Source: Ascoidea asiatica JCM 7603
Lineage: Eukaryota; Fungi; Ascomycota
Reading direction: 5' to 3'
Assembly: GCA_001600695.1 (NCBI GenBank)
Contig: BCKQ01000004.1
Coordinates: 43,770 to 101,320 of the forward strand
DNA: 57,551 bases
The notes under the pieces were generated by a model. It was not told where the DNA came from, did no database searches, and was given only the letters and a program-made list of their open reading frames with translations. Numbering within the stretch: the first letter of the stretch is position 1; each line of letters starts with the position of its first letter. Positions 48,300-57,551 of the stretch are shown here, in pieces. The position numbers and the translations under genes are program-made.

Positions 48300-48972
48300 G
48301 TGATCAGATTAATCGATATTTGATAATAAACAAAAATTGGAGTTTTTATGTATACTGAATAATTTAGGGCGCTGAAATGTATGTAGTAATATAGTATATT
48401 ACTATGTATATTATTGAAAGCTAATTAATTAATAGGCAAGAAGATGGAAATATTTCAATAACGACAGTATGTGTCTGTGTTTTTATCCACACTTTAAGTA
48501 ATGAAAACAAAGAAAAATAAAGACAAAAAAATCGAGAGAAGATGTCTCGGTTATCGGCTATTATATTTCTTGAGGACGTAGAAGCCACGCCGACGCACAC
48601 TTTTTACTGCAAAGACTCGAGACTTGGTAAAAGTCTCAGACGGAGGTTGAATATTTCGGCGTTGTAGTGGCACGTGAAAATGCACGAGTGAGCCGATATT
48701 TGTAAACTATCGATTCAGCAGTAGTGCATGGTTAATTTTATCTATTCACTACTATAGTCTAGCATTTTCACCGTTCATGGGTACTTGGTGAGGTTCTGGT
48801 ATAACTGATAATGCAAAACTTCCATTTTCTGAGAGTGGATGTTTGTTTATCTTCAATCCCTTACTTATCTTACTATCAATACTCATATATATCATTTATT
48901 TCTATAACTATTCTTTTATAGTCATATAAGTTTATAGTGAACGTTTATTTAATTTCACAATCCATTTTAATA

Positions 48973-51900
48973 ATGGATTCGAAATTGGAACTTATCAATC
49001 AGCAATATACCAAGGAAACAGCTGCAATGCTTAATTCTAATTCTTCTAGTTCTTCCTCTTTTCGAAATCATCATATTGTCACTCCTGTTATCCAAAATAA
49101 TGTCAACAATAACAACAGTCTTGCCCAGAATGATAAAAAGTTTACTAATGGAAATGAATATAACTCTATTACTTATGAACCAACTTCAATAAATTTAAGT
49201 ACTCATTTTCAAAATACGTTTAATTTATTAGAGCCTGATAATTCTGCTGCCCCTTTCCAGTTATCTAATATATCGGAATTGGATGAAACATTATTATTAT
49301 ATGGTCTTCCTACTCCTCCTGATGGTTCTAATGCCTCCTACTATAGGAAAAATTCAAATTCGAACTCTATTCAATCAAATAACTTCGATAATGCTTCTTA
49401 TCATTTTCAATTTCAGTCAAATTCTGAATTCAAAAATGATTTGAAATCTAACTATGATATTCAAAATACTCACCAAAAATCGCCAATGAACTCTTCATCT
49501 TCACTGAATCTGTCTTCAAATCTTACAAATTGTGATATCAATATTACTAATACTGTAAATAATAATTCGGAATCCATGAAAACAATAAATCCTTTTTTCA
49601 TTGATAATTTTGATTATTCTCCTTCTTCTGTATCTCAGATTAATGATTCAAATAATTTTCAGTTAAATCTAAAAAATTCTTCTTTTTCTAATTTTAATTC
49701 TTCATCTGTAGATTCTCCAGTTGATTCTATCTATACCCAATTTTCTTTCAATTTACCTTCCTCTGCTTCTTCTTCAATTTCGCCAATTGCTAATTCTAAT
49801 TCTAATTCTAATTCTAATTCTAATTCTAATTCTAATTCAAATTCAAATTCAAATTTGATATTTAACTCAAGTTTGAATTCAAGTAAAATTAAAAATTTAA
49901 ATGCAGAATCAATGGAAAAAATAATCCCAAATGTGGCATCTGAAACTTCAAAATTAAATTTGAATTCGGTATCGTCAGATATCTTCACTACCCTTAATGA
50001 GTATTCTTTTTACAACTGTCAAGATAATCGAAATAAAAAAAGATCAAATGCAGCAATTCCTCAACCTAACAGTTTGAATAAGATGAATAATGAAGTAGAC
50101 CAAAATTATAAAATTCCCTCAATATCTGAAAATAATCAAGATTTCATAGAAACACTTCCATTATCTTTGAACATAGGTTGTACCTCTCAAAAATGTTTCA
50201 ATTCAAATTCGACTATTGATAATCATACATTATATGCCACCAATAATAACCAAATTATAAGATCTTCTCATAAAAGATGTAAATCGGAATCAACTAAATC
50301 TCTTCTGGATAACAATTCCCGACAGTTATTACAATCTCTACCTCAATCTTTCCATCAGTCTTTTCCTCAAATCAATCTTCACTCCCAGCCGCAATGCGAA
50401 TCTAACTTTGAACCAATTACTCCTTTAAACTCATTAAGTTCATTGCATTCAGAAAATACTCAAAATATGTTTTCCTCATTTCCTTCACTTACTTCTCTAC
50501 CTTACAACAATATTGAAGATAATTTTACTAAAATATCTTTATTTCATCCTTCATCTATATCAATAAATAATGTCAGTAAAACCACTAACGATGTCAAAAA
50601 TGATGTCAATGTGGAATTAATGAATAATAATTATATTAAAAGCGATAATCAAAATTTAAGCAAGGATCTCACCCCTTCTTCTTCTTTGACAGGTGTTCAG
50701 GGAATCCCAATTTATTTCAATCAGACTGATAATTCGGTACAAAATAACCTTAAATTTACTAGTGGTCATGATAGTTCTACTTTCATTCAAACAAATAGTA
50801 ATGACAAGAATTCAAATGATTCAACCCAGATTGCTATTATTAATAATCGGGAAGAATCTAATTATACGGCTCAGGAAGATTTTGTCACCTGTATAAATAA
50901 TCCTCGTAACCATTACATTAATGCATTGCCTTGGTCCAAATCTTTTTCAACGTTTAGTGGTTGTGCATTATCATCTGGGTCAAATATTCCCAGTAGACTG
51001 ACCCATTCATCCAATTATACTATGAATACTACTTCCAATAATATTTCAGCCTCTTTTCCTAATGTTTTTTCAAATCAAATCCAACCTGAGATTAAATCTT
51101 CTGCTAATGATGTATTCAAAACCATAAAGTATTTCCCAAAAACTCCTATATCCTCAAAAAGAGTGATTAAAATTCTCAAAACAGCTAAGGAAAGGAAGCT
51201 ACCTATAGAGGAAGTAAAAAATATTTTGATTCTATTTCATAGCGATAAGTTGAATGAAGGAGATAAACTAGAATACAATTCAATTATTTCTGTTCCCGAT
51301 TCAAAAGAAACATCCAAGGCTCCTGATTTATTTCCAAGTTATTTGGGTAATGTTACTCAAGAACATAATATATTTTTGAAGCTAAAGCTAATTTGCGGGT
51401 TGATTGAGCTTGATTATTCAATTGTAACAGGAACTGAAAAGAAAGAAAAAGGCTATTTAGCTCGTTTTTCGGATGAAGTAGATAGTATTACGAACTTTAT
51501 CTTGTCTAGAATCCCTATCAAAGAAGATTCAAGATGCTCGTCGAAATTACTTTTGAAAGTAGAAACATCTTCTGGAAAACTTAATATCAATGAGCTTTTT
51601 GAGGAGAATGACAAAAGTAATATTTTCAAGTATTATGAAAAGGAGAATTTCAACGTTTTATTATTGAAACACTTAATAAATTTTGAAATTATTGAAAATT
51701 ATCTCAGAGATGAAGAAGGGTATAATAAGTATCTAAAGAATAGAGAATTAAACTTATATCCGACATTTTCCAATATCAATTTAACTAATCATAAAATAGT
51801 AGAAACGGAACCTCAAAGACTTGATAAGGCAAATTTTTTGAATGCTGATATAGTGCGAAAAGATAGTAATATTAAGACAGCAGACAATACAAAACCCAAT

Positions 51901-52548
51901 AACGGTAAAAGAAAATATGTGAAAAAGAACAAAATTCCAGAAAATGGCCATAGCAGTGCAGCATCACTGGGCATTTTGGGTAGTTTACAAAGCTCCACTA
52001 GAAGGCGGAAGAATAAGCACAGTAGTGAATCAAATCAAATTTATGTCAAACGACCTCTCAATTCTTTCATGCTTTATAGAACAACTATGGTGAAACTAGC
52101 TACAATATTCAAGATAATTGATTTATTAAACCCTGTAATAAATCACTATAAGAACAAATTTTTGAACTGTAATTTGAATGAATTAGGAGAAGAAAAAATA
52201 TTAAGAATAATTGAAAAAGATTTGGCTTTGGTGATGGGGAAAGTTTGCTATTTTAAAGATTCCTCGCTGAAAACAGTTGATAATTTTTTCAGAACCACAT
52301 GTGATGGCATTAGTCTTTTAAAGGAGACAGAGAGAATCAGATATGAATACTTGAAATCTTATAAAATATTCTCTAACTTCTATCAGCCAAAACTCAACCA
52401 TGCAGTCATAGCTCATTTCATTGCATTATCTTGGAATACTGAAGAAGATGATGTTAAAAAAAAATTCAGTGATTTCAGTAAAATTGAAAAGGAAGTACAT
52501 CAGCAATGTTATCCTGGATATAGATTTAATCCTCAAAAAAAAAAGTGA
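48973..52548 (+). CDS. Large Asn/Ser-rich putative transcription factor with a C-terminal split MATA/SOX-type HMG box (1191 aa from the ATG at 48973)
   Basis: VKRPLNSFMLYR ... PKLNHAVIAHFIALSWNTEEDDVKKKFSDFSKIEKEVHQQCYPGYRFNPQKKK; basic NLS-like segments precede the box. Confidence 0.75.
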   Translation: MDSKLELINQQYTKETAAMLNSNSSSSSSFRNHHIVTPVIQNNVNNNNSLAQNDKKFTNGNEYNSITYEPTSINLSTHFQNTFNLLEPDNSAAPFQLSNISELDETLLLYGLPTPPDGSNASYYRKNSNSNSIQSNNFDNASYHFQFQSNSEFKNDLKSNYDIQNTHQKSPMNSSSSLNLSSNLTNCDINITNTVNNNSESMKTINPFFIDNFDYSPSSVSQINDSNNFQLNLKNSSFSNFNSSSVDSPVDSIYTQFSFNLPSSASSSISPIANSNSNSNSNSNSNSNSNSNSNLIFNSSLNSSKIKNLNAESMEKIIPNVASETSKLNLNSVSSDIFTTLNEYSFYNCQDNRNKKRSNAAIPQPNSLNKMNNEVDQNYKIPSISENNQDFIETLPLSLNIGCTSQKCFNSNSTIDNHTLYATNNNQIIRSSHKRCKSESTKSLLDNNSRQLLQSLPQSFHQSFPQINLHSQPQCESNFEPITPLNSLSSLHSENTQNMFSSFPSLTSLPYNNIEDNFTKISLFHPSSISINNVSKTTNDVKNDVNVELMNNNYIKSDNQNLSKDLTPSSSLTGVQGIPIYFNQTDNSVQNNLKFTSGHDSSTFIQTNSNDKNSNDSTQIAIINNREESNYTAQEDFVTCINNPRNHYINALPWSKSFSTFSGCALSSGSNIPSRLTHSSNYTMNTTSNNISASFPNVFSNQIQPEIKSSANDVFKTIKYFPKTPISSKRVIKILKTAKERKLPIEEVKNILILFHSDKLNEGDKLEYNSIISVPDSKETSKAPDLFPSYLGNVTQEHNIFLKLKLICGLIELDYSIVTGTEKKEKGYLARFSDEVDSITNFILSRIPIKEDSRCSSKLLLKVETSSGKLNINELFEENDKSNIFKYYEKENFNVLLLKHLINFEIIENYLRDEEGYNKYLKNRELNLYPTFSNINLTNHKIVETEPQRLDKANFLNADIVRKDSNIKTADNTKPNNGKRKYVKKNKIPENGHSSAASLGILGSLQSSTRRRKNKHSSESNQIYVKRPLNSFMLYRTTMVKLATIFKIIDLLNPVINHYKNKFLNCNLNELGEEKILRIIEKDLALVMGKVCYFKDSSLKTVDNFFRTTCDGISLLKETERIRYEYLKSYKIFSNFYQPKLNHAVIAHFIALSWNTEEDDVKKKFSDFSKIEKEVHQQCYPGYRFNPQKKK
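49792..49854 (+). repeat. (AATTCW)n coding microsatellite giving an NSNSNS tract
   Basis: About 10 hexamer units inside the HMG gene. Confidence 0.9.
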
Positions 52549-52626
52549 TTTGTTGACAGTACGACATTCTCATTTATGGTATTTTGGATCTTTCACGCTT
52601 TTTCATAAGGTAATTTTCGTTTTGGC

Positions 52627-52767
52627 TTTTTTCATTGTTTTCATTGTTTTCATTTTTCAATCTTTTCATTTTTTCATTTTTTCATTTCTCACTTTTTTCA
52701 CTTTTTCACTTTTTTCACTTTTTCACTTTTTCACTTTTTCACTTTTTCACTTTTTCACTTTTTTCAT
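52627..52767 (+). repeat. Degenerate (T5-6CAC/CAT) 8-9-mer tandem array downstream of the HMG gene
   Basis: Nine TCAC-cored units at 52689-52758, preceded by TTCAT/TTCATTG units. Confidence 0.9.
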
Positions 52768-54057
52768 ATTTTAAAATTTATTTTGCCTTCATTTTGCTTT
52801 ATCACTTGCTTGTTTTGTAAAAGACGTTTATCTTTGAATTATAATTTTTAGCTGTTGGTGGGGTCAAAAACTAGAAAATGAATAGCTGTTAATAAAATGG
52901 GTATGATTATTAATTAGAAATTACTTTACTGTAACAGAAATTCTCTACTTTTGTAACTGTGCATAGCCTGTTCTTAGGTAACATGTAGAAGAACCGCTAG
53001 TTTTTCTGACAAAATTTTTTATTCCAAAAAAAGAAATGGAACAAGAACCACTTTTAATGACGGATAAATGACCAAAACAAAAATCTCACTGCACGAATAT
53101 TTGAAAAAAAATTTGTCCTTCAATACAGCTAAATAATTTGGCAAATTTTTTTGAAGTGTCTAAGACTATTCTAAACTCATTGGAAAAGGAATAAGTCCTT
53201 TCATGTATCTTCCATGTTAAAAATTCTTCATTGTCAAAAAGTTACAATCACAGTATGGCTCTTAAATTCAATGGCCAAAAAGAGCTATTAATTCTACACT
53301 TCAATGGGCTAAATTTCAGTTTCACAAATTCTACTGCCAAAAAAATCTCACATGAAGCATTTTCGAATCAAGCTAAAAACCATTTTTGAATATATTTTTG
53401 AATTGAAATTATGTAAGCGAAGGCCTCATTTTCCAAGCGTAACCCCCTTTCAATCTTAAGGAAGTGAAGCAAAGTCTTATAAAACTACTTTTTTGGCTTG
53501 GCTAAAGACTACTTTACAATAAATTTGAGGTCAAGATAGTGCGCTATCGTTGGAACCAGTTTGATTCGCAGAGATATGTTAAACACACGTGACCCTAAAA
53601 AGAGCAGGAAAAAACATTTTAACCTGGATCACTAGCAAGTCATTTATGTGCATTGCACCACATTTACATACTTATTATAGTACTGGTTTGATACGTAAGA
53701 GAAGCTGAATGCTATCGATGCTATTGTATGATAATTAGTAAATTTAGCGATAGCTTAACGTTATCTAAGGTAGAAGAAGCTTTAGAGGGTTTAATATCTT
53801 TAAAAAATACACCTTTTTTTTTTTGAGAAAGATGATAGTAATACAAAAAAGTATATTAGCATTTCTATCAGAAAATCTTTAGTTTTATATACAATAAACT
53901 GAAAAAAATTATAAAAGTAAGTAAGTGAAAGATTATTTTACAGAATAATATAACATACCATATAGACATATTTTATCAAAATCCTCATTTCCAACTTTCC
54001 TCCATATATTTCGAGAATCAACTGGTTCTAATTTACTTTTGATCAAACCAATATGAA

Positions 54058-57551
<3,494 letters not shown>

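Noticed and set aside
48973-52548. Mating-type locus (MATa2)
   Set aside because: The protein is far larger than MATa2, and no MATa1/alpha genes or usual flanking genes (SLA2, APN2, DIC1) are in the window.
52421-52820. Phe-rich ORFs 52421-52774 and 52635-52820
   Set aside because: Artefacts of the T-rich tandem repeat, with non-ATG starts.
53030-53520. Possible pseudogene or transposon remnant between the HMG gene and ZRG8
   Set aside because: The frames I read are broken by stops, and there are no recognisable motifs, LTRs or TIRs.

Overview
This is an AT-rich budding-yeast (Saccharomycotina) segment, probably a whole contig, since it starts in poly-A and ends in (AAT)n. It holds about 20 protein-coding genes, in order: NCB2, DPH2, TRP5, RPG1/TIF32, VMA8, SPE2, NPL6/RSC7, PEX3, PRP8 (no intein), SWP82, an orphan 2-TM coiled-coil gene, SUT1, RSC4, SPF1, a DDT/WHIM-like gene, RPA12, NMD4, SPR3, a large protein with a split HMG box, and a 3'-truncated ZRG8 that the ORF track misses. 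Spliceosomal introns were reconstructed by hand in NCB2, VMA8, RPA12 and probably the orphan gene. No tRNA, rRNA, transposon or CRISPR feature was seen. The most notable signals are: (1) CTG codons are almost absent from conserved genes but used freely in divergent ones, the pattern of a reassigned or ambiguous CUG codon (Ascoidea/Saccharomycopsis-like); (2) a MATA/SOX-type HMG box interrupted by about 90 aa, in a gene sharing a promoter that carries MSE and TR-box motifs with the sporulation septin SPR3; (3) an orphan membrane gene needing a non-canonical GTTTGA/TACTAAT intron; (4) a perfect-consensus intron just 3' of PRP8, plus a ~13-aa deletion in a normally conserved Prp8 loop. Gene identities come from recalled motifs, not database searches.
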